Positions 38,100-49,634 of a stretch of 64,000 bases of DNA are shown piece by piece; the first letter of the stretch is position 1, and every line of letters starts with the position of its first letter. Made by a program: the position numbers and the translations under genes. The notes under the pieces are model-generated. The model searched no databases. It was not told where the DNA came from and saw nothing but the letters and a program-made list of their open reading frames with translations. The stretch spans positions 96,412,001 through 96,476,000 of the forward strand of contig OZ076409.1 in NCBI GenBank assembly GCA_964187785.1, read 5' to 3'. The stretch is from Amphiscolops sp. MND2022. Its lineage: Eukaryota.

Positions 38100-41000
38100 T
38101 AATTTTGCCACGACTCCAATATAACGAATTATTATCTGTCCGACAGTACATCAGATCGGACCCTCCAACACAGACTTTCCACCAATACAATCAGCAATTG
38201 ATGGGCTATCCCTCTGTTGTCTGGCAGCAGCAGATGGAAAAAGCCACCATCATCACTTACAATAACACCCATTTGTTCCAGAAACCAATTCCTGTTTGGG
38301 ACCCTGATTACACCACCACTTTCACTACCCGGTTCAGGCCCATTCCCCTGATCGATGATTACAATCCAACATACATCGATCCAGACTACAACAGAGATCC
38401 CTACTGGGACACCGAGCTTTACAACCAAGATTCACTACAATTTCAATATGTCCTGGACGATATTGAACACTATAATAGAACAGTCCACGAGAACCCTCCA
38501 ATTACCCATAACAAGAAAACAAGAGCGCTTATTGAAAACTGGCAAATGAATGATGGCACAAACCATCCAGTGTTCCCAAACCCATTGGGGACCGAGACCC
38601 ATGACAGCAATCCTGAACCCATACCACAATCATTGATAGACGAGAAACAGTTCCAAAATGTCCTTATCACTAGAGACGGTGAACCAGACTGTATACCCCT
38701 GTCAACCAACATCAACCTCAAATGCAAAAAACGCATGTTGTATTTCCCAATGGACTTTGGGGAATTGACCATTGACGGACTCATTGACACTGGAGCGCTG
38801 TCCAGTGCAATTCCTGAAATGGACCTCCGGAAAATTCGACTTTTATCTCCACAATCCGTTATCCGGGAAGGTCCGCCTCCGAATTTCCAAATCATGGTCG
38901 CTAATGGGCAACTGGAAACTCCCAAGAGTACCATAGAGCTCAAATTTGAAGTTGGTGACATTGAATTCCACGAAATTTTCATAGTAATGGAACACTTGAC
39001 TGGACCGATTATTGGACTGATGTTCCTTCAGCGAAACCATACAGTTCTGGATATGCGACAAGGGATACTGAATTTTCCGTTCTTTTCGATGCAGCTCAAA
39101 ACAGCTGACCACAAGTATTCAAATGTTTTAGAACCAATTCTCAACCCTATTGAGATAACCATTCCACCAAATGATAAAGTCCTAATTAGGACCAATTCCC
39201 TACTCTACACTGAGAATGCTGTCACTGGAATTTTACAACCGAGCGACCTTCTACATGAAGAAGGCGACATCACATTTTGCCCAGCTTTGGTCACTCTGAA
39301 TGACGGCAATATACTGATACCAGTGAACAATTTCACAGACCACCCTTATAAACTCAAAAAGGGACTTCATATTGCCAATTTCTCTGTCATGACGCCAGAA
39401 CAGATGAAGTATGTCAAACCGGTAGATCCGGCATCAACCTGGCACCTTCTACAGAATGACCAGGAGCAGGCAGCCCACTATGTCAGCAGTCTCATCAAGA
39501 CCAATAGAAATCCGCAAGACTCTGAAAATTATTGGTTCCCAACTCCAGAAAATCCTGGAAATCCTGAGGAACACACACCTATACAAAAACGAATCCTTCG
39601 AGAATTACAGGCCTTACAAGACCTAGAGACACTTGACCCCACCAAAGATGGGGAATCACGTGCAAAATTCTTAGAAAACTTCGATTGGAAAGATTCCACC
39701 CTTACTCCTGAAGAGAAGGAGAAAAAAGAGGAGAAATTGTTAGTGGAATTCCATAACATCTTTGCACGACACCGATTTGATATAGGCATGAACGACGACT
39801 TCAAGGTGAAACTGACGCCTAAGGACGATTCCCCAGCCTATAGTCAAAGCCTTCCAGCTCCTATCAATCTGAAGGAGGACATCCTAGTCGAATTAGCCAT
39901 GTTACACAAATATGGCATCATCACCACCCTACCGTTCTCGAAATATGCAAGTCCAATATTCGCACAAAAGAAACCGAACGGAAAACTCCGACTCTTGGTT
40001 GATTTGAGAAAAATCAACAACCTCATCTCGGATGATTATATCAACAACAATCATCCCGTCAGCACACTAGTTGATGCTGCCCAACATTTTCCAAGCAAAA
40101 AACTGTTCTGTAAATTAGACTGTTCGCAGGCATACCACTGCCTACCAATGGCCGACCAACGCTCAATCGAAATGTTGGCTTTCAATTTTGCCAGTCGCAC
40201 ATTTGCTTACAGACGCTTGGCACAAGGCCTTAGTCGGTCACTATCCGCATTCTCAAGTTTCATGAGAGAATACCTTGACAAAGTCATTAAAGCGGATCAG
40301 TGTGCCCAATATGTGGACCATATCGGCATCGCAGCCAATGATGTTGATCACCTCATGACGAACCTGAGAGCTACGTTCAAATGCATTCAGGAAGCAGGCC
40401 TTAAGTTAACAATGCACAAATGTCACTTCGGTGCAAAAGAAATTGATTTCCTCGGACGGACTATTACCCCACAAGGCGTCAAACCCCAGAAACAGAATGT
40501 GCAAAACTTTCTGGAAAAGACCAAATTCCCGAAGTCGAAAAAGGCTTTACAGCGCTATTTGGGATTCCTAAACTACTACAGGAATTATGTCCCAAGACTC
40601 TCCGAACGCCTTGCTCCATTCTACAAAATGCTCAAAAGTGACGAAAAGGTCCTAGTATCGAAAGAATTAGTCCAACAATTCGAAGAAATCAACAGAGCAC
40701 TAGACAAATGTTGCGACTTGGCCCTACAGCAACCCATTCCCAACAAGCAAACAGCACTAATGACTGATGCAAGTTTTGGTGCAGCCGGGTACGCGGTCCT
40801 AATCGAAAACGACCCAAGCCAGAAATTTACATCACTCAGAAAATCGTATGCCCCGGTCGCATATGGATCAAAAACCTTCACCCCAGCACAGATCAAGATG
40901 TCAATTTATGCCAAGGAATTCCTTGCAATTTATTTTGCATTCAAAGAAATTGGACATATCTTCTGGGGTGCGCCGAAACCGGTCATCATCCTTACGGACA

Positions 41001-43309
41001 ACAAAGCTGTAACACGATTTTTCCAAACGAAAATAATACCCCCAGCACTGTGGAACGCATGTGACTATGTTATCCAGTTCAATTTTGTCATAGCGCACAT
41101 CCCGGGAACACAAAATACAGCTGCCGACTATTTGTCCCGATTGAAAGCAGATCCGAAGGACAAATTGGTGATGAAAATTCGTGAAGATGTACAAACACTA
41201 CCAATCGAAATCAATGTCCAATCCGCAGGGGTGTCACAAGAAGAACAAATCTTCTACACCAATGACGACGATGAGACAGAAGAACAGTTGTGGGCAAGAA
41301 AAGAAGCAATCAGGAAAAATCCAGCAACTGATGAGCCCACTGTTACTATACAAACTCTGTCAACAAATCTGGTCAAGCAACACCCCGACATACAGGTCCG
41401 ATTGAAGAGGACGAACCAGATCATTATCGAAGAATCCAAAGATGTGGTACTACAACAATTGAAAGCAAAACTGCTTCATGAAGAGTATTCAGAAAATCTA
41501 CTACATCAGGATGCCCGATATCGACATTACGCATACAATCTGGAACGAATTGTACTAAAGGACGAAATCCTGACAAGGCAATATTTCGATGAAACAGGGA
41601 ATGTTAAATACCATCAAATTTTACTCCCGCAACATTTACTTCAGGAACTACTTAAGTCTTTCCACGGGACAGCACATAAACATCCTGGGATTTCAAAAAT
41701 GTTACAGGAAATTCGACAGAGGTATTACTACCCTAGCATAGCTAAACACGTCAAAAAGTGGGTAGAAGGGTGCGAACATTGTGCCAGAGACAAAAGAGTC
41801 CCTAACGCAACGATCACACCTGAGCTGCTCAACTTGCCCGAATGGGACCTTGGACCTGAAGACGCCATGCAAATCGACCTATTACCGAATCTCCCCCCAA
41901 GTGGAGGGTATGAAAATGTCCTAACAGCAATAGACGTATTTTCCCGATATTTGTTCGCATATCCCCTTACGGACGCATCAGCGATCAATGTAGCAAAAGC
42001 GCTCATTGACATTATGACTAAACACTCATATTTACCAACGACTCTTATCACTGATAAAGGTACTGCATTTACTTCTACAATTATTGCGGAGGTTACGCAG
42101 ATTTTGAGCATCACACTCAAATGTGCAACGACGAAACACCCGCAGACAATTGGGAAACTGGAGCGAACTCATGCCTCATTGAAAACAAATCTCAAAATGG
42201 CATGTGGAGAATATCGCCAACAATGGCACAAATACTTGCCATTAGCAGTACTGAATCATAATACTACTTACCACGCCAGCATCGGTTGTGAGCCAACGAG
42301 AGTATTTCATGGAAGAATTCCATGTAATATTTTGGATCACAAGCTTGGAAATAATCCAAACGAGCAAATTAACCCCACAACCGAATTTGCTGAAGAAATC
42401 CAAAACCGGACAAAAATCCTGATTGACAAAACGAAGCAGATTATTATGCAGTCGTATATCAAGTACAAAGAATATTACGACCGCAAAGCAAAAGCCGCTC
42501 CACTAAAGGAGAACGAATACTGTTTTGTCTTACAGCCGAAAGCGGACAATCAAGGATCAAAAATTCCATTCCGCGATTATCGTTGGGTTGGACCATTTAT
42601 AGTCCAAAAAGTTTTACCTAACGAAAATTATATTGTGAGACGAATCAACACAAACAAGACTCAAATATTACATCGAATTCGCCTTAAAAAGTTTGTCCCT
42701 AATCAACCGCTTGAGGATAATTTCCGAGAACAACAGTTGCAGCCAGATGAAGAAATTGTCATTCCGCAAGATGATTTATACGTCATAACGTGGGAAACCG
42801 ACTTTGGCGAGCAGCTAGTTACACGAGGCAACGAGACTATTCCGACCAGCATGCCGAATGGCGAACGACCGAATACGGCAGAAACGAATACAAATGACGT
42901 AGCCGAGAATGAAGCAGATTACATAATCACTAGTGACGAAACAAGTTACGCTGACCACGCGGCGCGGAGCCGGAATGAAAGATAAAATCATGACGTCACA
43001 AAAAGGAATGACGCTAGTGAAGCGGCTAGCAATGACAAATCTGATTGGCCGAACCCGGCCGTTTCCCCGAAAAACCAAGAAAAATCCTTGCCGAATACGG
43101 CAGATAGACTGGAAAACGATGAAATGTTTTCAGAAAGAAACTTGATGAATGAAAGCGATACACAAAATTCTCCAAACAAGGGGGATAATATTATCGTGCC
43201 CGAAATATCTGAAAATGATGCTAGAAATGAAAGTCTGAGCCCTAGAGGAGGGAAATATAATCTCAGGCCTAACCCTAACCCAAACTACGCAGAAGACTTC
43301 AGATACTAA
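38099..43309 (+). CDS. pol: pol polyprotein (protease, RT, RNase H, integrase); probably inactive (RT YVDH) with a frameshifted tail after ~42985
   Basis: Protease LIDTGA. RT LDCSQAY and YVDH. RNase H TDAS/KEFLA/TDNK/ADYLSR. Integrase H-H..CEHC, QIDL, ITDKG, LERTH and WVGPF. Confidence 0.93.
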
Positions 43310-43554
43310 GAATTGAATTCTTCCCGAAAATGGGAGTTCTTTTCTACTATCTTTCTTTTCGTTTTTTTTCTGGTCCCTCTACTATCTTTTGAATAAATAA
43401 TGGGACAAAAGATAGACCCCTTTCAAATAAATAAATACAGGGTTGAAAGATGCAAACAACGAAGAAACAGAAATCAAGAGTAAATGAGAAAATAAAACAA
43501 TGAAAGAAATGAACAAAGGTTACAGTCTGAAAGTACATAAATTTATATGTACAT

Positions 43555-46500
43555 TTAATGTTTAGCAGCACTGGAACTTTGTGTACTAGCGACAGACGAA
43601 GATTTCGACCGAGAAGATTTTCGGGCTAGTTTTTGACGTTTAGAACAAGAGGGCACCTTCAAGGCAGCCTCATCAACCACGGAACGTTCTTCATCGCTTA
43701 TCTTCTGACTGGAACTTCCTGCAGACTCAGATTGGATCGTACGATAAGTGGACAGAAGGGACTTGTAGATTTTTGACCGTCCAAATTTGTCAACGCTTTC
43801 CCAAGGATCGTACGTGGGAGAGAATGCGGACTGACCGAAGGAAGCTGATAGCTGCGTGAAACGGATAAGATTAGTTTCGTCCACACACAGATGCACCGAC
43901 CCTGGGACATTAAACAAATAACTCTGCCCTGGCAAAATGACGTCGGTAAAACGTCCCTGATGACCCGAAGTACTGATTCCACCCATCTTCACAGCTGGAT
44001 AAGTCGGGCTAACGGTCGTAATGCACAAACAACACAACTTGAATAAGTCGGAAAGGTGTTCCTGTGACTGCAAAAATTCGAGATTCATCATGAACTCGAT
44101 CAAATCCTGAGCAGCATCAGTAACTTCGAAATCAGCCGAATAATTGGCACGAAGATAATCCAAAAGGGCGATGTACTGGTCCCGACTTGTAGGCTCATTA
44201 GCAGCAAGGACCCAGGAACGGCGCCGGAATGTGCTGTAAAGGATGTCGAAATGGCGGAGGCACACCTCAGTTGGCCGCTTAAGCAGTAAGTTTGGATCAA
44301 AAGCTGCCAGTCCTTTGATGATGTAGGAACTGAGTCCAGTTTGTTTCAATACCGCACCAATCAAATACTGGATGTACTTGAGCACATCCTGGGTGAACTC
44401 GCTCTTGATGGTACTGGCAGTCTTCTGAATTACGCTGCGGTCAACACGCTTTCCAGAGTGGACACCTTCGGCCTTTTGCCTTGCAGCGATACCGACTTTG
44501 TTAGTCATCTGATGTCGGACGAGAAAATCTTCTTCTGTCTGGAAAGTTCCCTCGCTGGTCTGAAAGCTCAGAAGGGATAACCAGGCGCTCTCTAGCGGAA
44601 CAGTGTCAGCGGTATAACACCGGAAACACAGTCGGTGGATGAATCGCGAAACCTCCTCACACAAGAAGAAAGTGGCATCGCGTCTGTATTGCCCGTTCAC
44701 TAGGAAACTGGAATTATCTGCAAACAGGAAACCCCTAAAGTTGATCCTATAAAAGAAGGACATCCCTAAACCCGCTATGGGATACTAACAATCGCTGACT
44801 ATCCGATAGAAGAGCTCTAGTTTGACCAGCATGAATTCGTCACATATCAGGGACCATTCGAAACTTTGGACCTAAATACAAACGGGCGGGCGGAGCTCGG
44901 AAATTTAAATGAGTGGCCCCTACTACCCTTGAATGAGCCATCTTTAACAAATTACCTACCCTAGTACGTGCTCTTTGCCCTTGTTGTGTTGGGGCATGTA
45001 AGGTGAGATAGGAGACAACGGCTTTCCACTCATCAATTAGCTCTTGACAAACTGCTGGAAGTGGTGGGAGATCAAGTTTGCAAGTAATCACGGCCTAAAA
45101 TAAAACCAACAGTCTTCCAATTTTTGGGCATACGGTCGGATACGATCTATCTTGTAACTACCTCTCCCACTTGCCTAGTACGAATTACGATGGCGCCCCT
45201 AAGGGAAAGAATAAGGAAAGAAATACCGCGCTACAGTTACCTGGGTCAATGCAGAACTCCTTTGCATCCAATCCTCAAAGAGTGAGTTCCCAAGAGAGAT
45301 CATCAATGCCTTGAGAACAGAAAAGAAGTCTATATGTCCGAACACGTTGTAGCTGGTTTTGTGCATCAGCTTTGAGAGGCTCAGTTGTTCGAACCGGAAG
45401 CAGCTTTGCACTCCGCGAGCGAAATGAGGGGATTGATCTAATGTTTGCAGCAATTCCACAGGCACTCCAGAGCAGGCTACTACGCCGGCCCTGGTTGAAA
45501 CAACTGACAACAATCTGGCCAGGGATCCTAGCTCACCACTGATCCCAGAGGCTGGAAGTCCACTCCGGCAAATAAGCACGCGACACAGACTTTGACCCTT
45601 CCAAAAGCGAACCGTCAAGAACCGATGCAGGCCATTGTCCTCGTACTCTATGCCAAAGCACTGTTCTGCAGTCACTTGGTCAGCTATGTCGGCCATGGCA
45701 CAAGTGAAAATGTGTTGAAAGATTACCTGAAAAGGAACAAACTTCTGAATAAAAGGCGCTCACGGGGAGTGCTGAATACTGTAGAACTGGAATGAAACTA
45801 ACAGTAAGATGTTCTTCCCCCCAATCGAAATCGCAGAGGCTCGCCTGGTGGTCGGTGAAGGAACTGATCCGTGACCACAGGTTTCGTAGGAGGGACAAGT
45901 CGCCTTGGGTCCGAATAAAGTCAGCTACGATGCACAGTTGCGTTTTGGCTCTGGACTCAGGGGTGATCATTGGGGTGGTTCGTCCTTTAATAAAATCCTC
46001 ATAGAAAGGGAAACGCTCTCCAATTTCAACTAACTCGGCGTGGATGAACTTTGGCAGTTCCTTAGCCAATTCGGATCTATTCAGGAGTTTGCCGTTGCGT
46101 CCTCGTACCCGATGTTGAGGTTTGTTGCTCACTGGATCCACACTCTTAAGGTGGGTATATCTCCACTTCTGATCCTTTCGTAGATGTTTCTCCGTGCGAT
46201 GGTGCCTGAGGATCTCCATGACACCTTTTGACTTGATGGAGATATTGCGTTTACAAATGTGACACCACACCATGTGGGGATTATGGAGTGCGTCAGCGGG
46301 CCCCGAAATGCATGAACGGGTCCACCCTATCTTGGAAAAAAATTCCTCACGCATAGGAACCCCCCGTTGAATCCTTCGACCCTTTCACTTGGCCATTTTC
46401 CCTTGAGGAAGCCGTTGAGATTGCTCTTCCAGAGTCTGGTCTCTAACTTCACGAAGAGTGGCATCTTGACTGCTGTACTCTGCTGATTCCGGATTTTGGA

Positions 46501-47796
46501 GAGGACTTGTTAATGGAGTAATCGATTGTTGACTAGTTTGCTGAGCCGTCATACTGGACTTTTGAAAAGTTGAGGCAATGAGGGCAAGCTCTCCAGCGCT
46601 ATCACTGTCCTCAAAGGTGACATTTTCGTCAGACGAGTTAGTCTCAGTAGGCTTGGATTTGCTCATATCAGTTGATTCAGCATCACTGCTATCACTCTCA
46701 GCGACTCGAAATGGGGTAGAGGCACGTGTCCTGGATCTGAAATGTTCAGTTCGGGAAGGGGCAGATGTGGGCATCCCTTTCACTGCATCGATAACCATGC
46801 GTTCCATAGTGGTATATGACATCCTCAGTGTTTCATCGGACATTATTCTCAGCAAGTGATACATTTGGGACTCTGAGAAAACTACGGCTGGATGTCCATG
46901 GGGGAGATTGAAAGTCTTAGCTTCTGTGAAATATGACTTCAGCAATGCCCGACTTCGTCCGGACAACTCAGGAAGACTATCATCTACCCGCCAGGCAGCT
47001 GAAGTAGAAGGAGCATTTCGGTGGGACAGTTGAGACTCGAGACCGGATTCGTCCCCTCCTTCCGTTCCTGATTCTGAGCCAAAGGGGATGTGGCTATAGA
47101 GTTCGGGGCAGTGTTGTCTGGTTACTTCAGTATTTGAATCACTGTCGTCTTGGTAGTCCAGGAACCTGACTCGCTGGACCCCCTCAGGCAAAGCAGGGAC
47201 ATCACATATAGATGATTCTTTTTCATCGCTGGTGGTCACCTCAGAAAGGACTGTCTTTCCCGGTTGTGCAGAAGAACTGGGAAGAAGCTCCTCAGCGTGG
47301 TCCGTGAGGTTGTTGCGACTTGTAGTCCAGACTCTAGGTTGCTCAGACTAATATCTGTGATCGTCTCATCTCCCGGTATAATCGGGGTACTGGCCCGGGG
47401 CTCCGCCCTCCGGTCTTCTCTCTGAAAATTTGGGCCTGCTGGCGAACCAACTAAAGCGTCACGCGCCTGTTGTGACTCGATGTGTTTCACCATGGTCTCA
47501 GCAAAGGCATTCACGTCTGTCTCACTCTCAACGCTAGGCGGAGAGGTGAGAGTAGGTTCCTGTGCTGTTTCTCCTATAGTATTAACCGGTCCGACCAAAG
47601 AAGTAGGGCAGGCAGGGGCCGGAGTAGGAGTAGTACCCAGGATAAAGAGGGATTCATCTACAGAGACTGATGTCGGGGTTGATTCGCCGGGAATGCTGGA
47701 AGTGTTGTTGGACTGCATTTGGGATTCATCTTCTATCTGATTCACTAAACAAAAGGAGATGAAGTTTGGCGGTGAGCTTCCTTGAAAGAAATCCAT
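43555..47796 (-). CDS. Antisense multi-exon gene resembling a hAT-transposase derivative (BED-like zinc finger); one frameshift and one in-frame stop in this copy
   Basis: Predicted exons ~47796-45803, 45726-45241, 45094-44960, 44871-44790 and 44717-43555, joined by phase-compatible GT-AG introns. Zinc finger WCHIC-x13-H(H)RTEKH. In-frame TGA at 46385-46387. The 5' end is uncertain. Confidence 0.75.
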
Positions 47797-48848
47797 TTTA
47801 CCGCATTAGAAAACTTCCGGAAGTGCTTTGAAAACTCGAATGATAACGTGTTATCACGTGTCCACTAATGGAAACAGGAAGCATTTTATGAACAAATTTA
47901 GCCCTGATCAAAAGTTAAATTAAGTTCAAAAGTGAAGCAAACCAACCTTCAGCTGAAGACATTCTGTTCCGAATCACTTATTGTAGATGTCCCAAATAAG
48001 ACGTTCAAGATGTGGGACTTGGCCGCGATCGGCTTGAAAACGGGATCCGGGGTACTCCAAAGAGAAGAGCTGACGAGGATGCTATGGCAAGCAACTGACA
48101 GTTGGGAGATTGCGAATAAAAAGACAAATATAAGATGATAGGAAGCAAATGGAATTAAAATTGGATAAAAGAATTGAAGAAGTTGGAAAGTTGGAGTTCG
48201 TGGCTGAAGAGTAATTACCAGACTAATATTATTTGAATATTTACATATTTAAAATGTACATGGCGTCTGCCAGCGAAATGTACAAAGAACTTTGTTATTC
48301 ACAGCTTATTTAGTTAGAGGCCAGTTACGGCCGTTTACCCTGTTTCATTTCGCCGTTTCATTCAGTTGCCTTAGTTACCCTTTAGCTAGGATTTCCGCCA
48401 TCTTGGATTAATTTGGATTTATTATTTTCGCCTTTTTTATTATTTAATTTTACAATTTATCGAAGCTTAACGCTGATTGGCTGAAGCCATTACGAGAAAT
48501 TTTGGTGGCGCGTGCCGCTAATCGCTTACAAGCGGCCCGTTAATTACCCACTTGAGACGGGTGTAGTTGATATTCATAAGTCGAGCGTCATTCACACCTC
48601 TTCTAGTGATGACTCTGATGGAGGGTAAACATTAGGCCATCAAAGGGAGCCGACTAATAATGGAATTCCATTCTGAAAAGTTTATGACGGATCAGGACGA
48701 TTAACCGAAGGTCTAACCGCCAAATTGGAAACTTCGGGAAAACACCTTACTCGGCTAAACTCTCGGATTTGATAAATTCATTCTACCTAAAACCCCCATT
48801 TCAACTCAGTTGCCTCTACTAGCTTCAAAAATAGCAAAGAAAGTCATC

Positions 48849-49634
48849 ATGAGCAAATATAACCTCGCAAGGAAACTATTCGGTCTAGAAGAATCTGACT
48901 CTGACGATTCTGAGAGATCAGTTATATATATATCGAGCAGCGAGGGGGAGTCATCGGATTGGGAGACCGACTGTTCTACAGACACGGAGCAGCTTGTCGC
49001 AAGAATCGAAAGGGAAGTCACCTCCAGCCCCGTGCTAATTGGGGGCCGCATAATGACTATGGAGGAATCTTCAGAAGACCAACCAGAAGCTGGCCCCAGT
49101 TCTTCCCAGATGCGAACGGACGTGACTCGGAAGTTTGACCACAAGTACTTTGACGAGGAGATGTGTTACGCTCCCCCAAAGAAAGCAGGCAAATCTCGGA
49201 TTGAAATTTGCAAAACCCTAATGCCCGTGCTGGAGTCGCCTATGTCACCGCCTGACCACGAAAGAGGGCCGAGTATGGACACTTCCCTGATGCAGCCCGT
49301 TATGGGAGGTTTTCACGCCTCCTACCACGTGCAAAACACCAGGCCCTACGAAAATATTAGCACGAAATTATATTCAGGATGCATGGTCTGTGGCAGATCT
49401 TCAGAGGCTATCAAGAAGGAGAAGGTGGAATGGTACGTCGCAAGGTCCAAGCCTAGAGGGGAACCCGAATACATAACGAAGATCAGAAGGGAAGCGTACG
49501 AAAATGGACTAAACGCAGGCGCTTTTCTCTTCATAACACCCGCAGTGTCGCAGGCTGCCGCCTGTGACGGTACCTTAATAACGACAACAGCGACCAGCCG
49601 GGAGACATTGCCCGGAACTTTGCCTACATTTTAA
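48849..49634 (+). CDS. Accessory ORF3 (about 260 aa, acidic N-terminus, C-terminal H/CxxC region) ending inside the 3' LTR
   Basis: Intact ORF MSKYNLARKLFG...; the last ~29 codons (VSQAAACDG...TLPTF) lie in the LTR. Homologous C-termini are present in element 2 and the solo LTR. Confidence 0.75.
   Translation: MSKYNLARKLFGLEESDSDDSERSVIYISSSEGESSDWETDCSTDTEQLVARIEREVTSSPVLIGGRIMTMEESSEDQPEAGPSSSQMRTDVTRKFDHKYFDEEMCYAPPKKAGKSRIEICKTLMPVLESPMSPPDHERGPSMDTSLMQPVMGGFHASYHVQNTRPYENISTKLYSGCMVCGRSSEAIKKEKVEWYVARSKPRGEPEYITKIRREAYENGLNAGAFLFITPAVSQAAACDGTLITTTATSRETLPGTLPTF

Larger units (their letters stand above)
36390..38102 (+). pseudogene. gag: gag starting inside the 5' LTR, with 3 frameshifts (~36500, ~37765, ~37890)
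   Basis: ATG 36390 (MPTTRKQKK...). Capsid-like FDGKSEKFELFEDLF...RELE. Knuckles CNYCKEKGHMVKDC and CGTCGKKNPPEERC lie in shifted frames. TAA at 38100-38102. Confidence 0.85.

Noticed and set aside
38132..42120. Short minus-strand ORFs within pol
   Set aside because: They are shadow ORFs of the long coding strand with no independent motifs.
43555..49634. env gene in the post-pol region
   Set aside because: The sense ORF3 has no signal peptide, furin site or transmembrane anchor, and the other ORFs are antisense.
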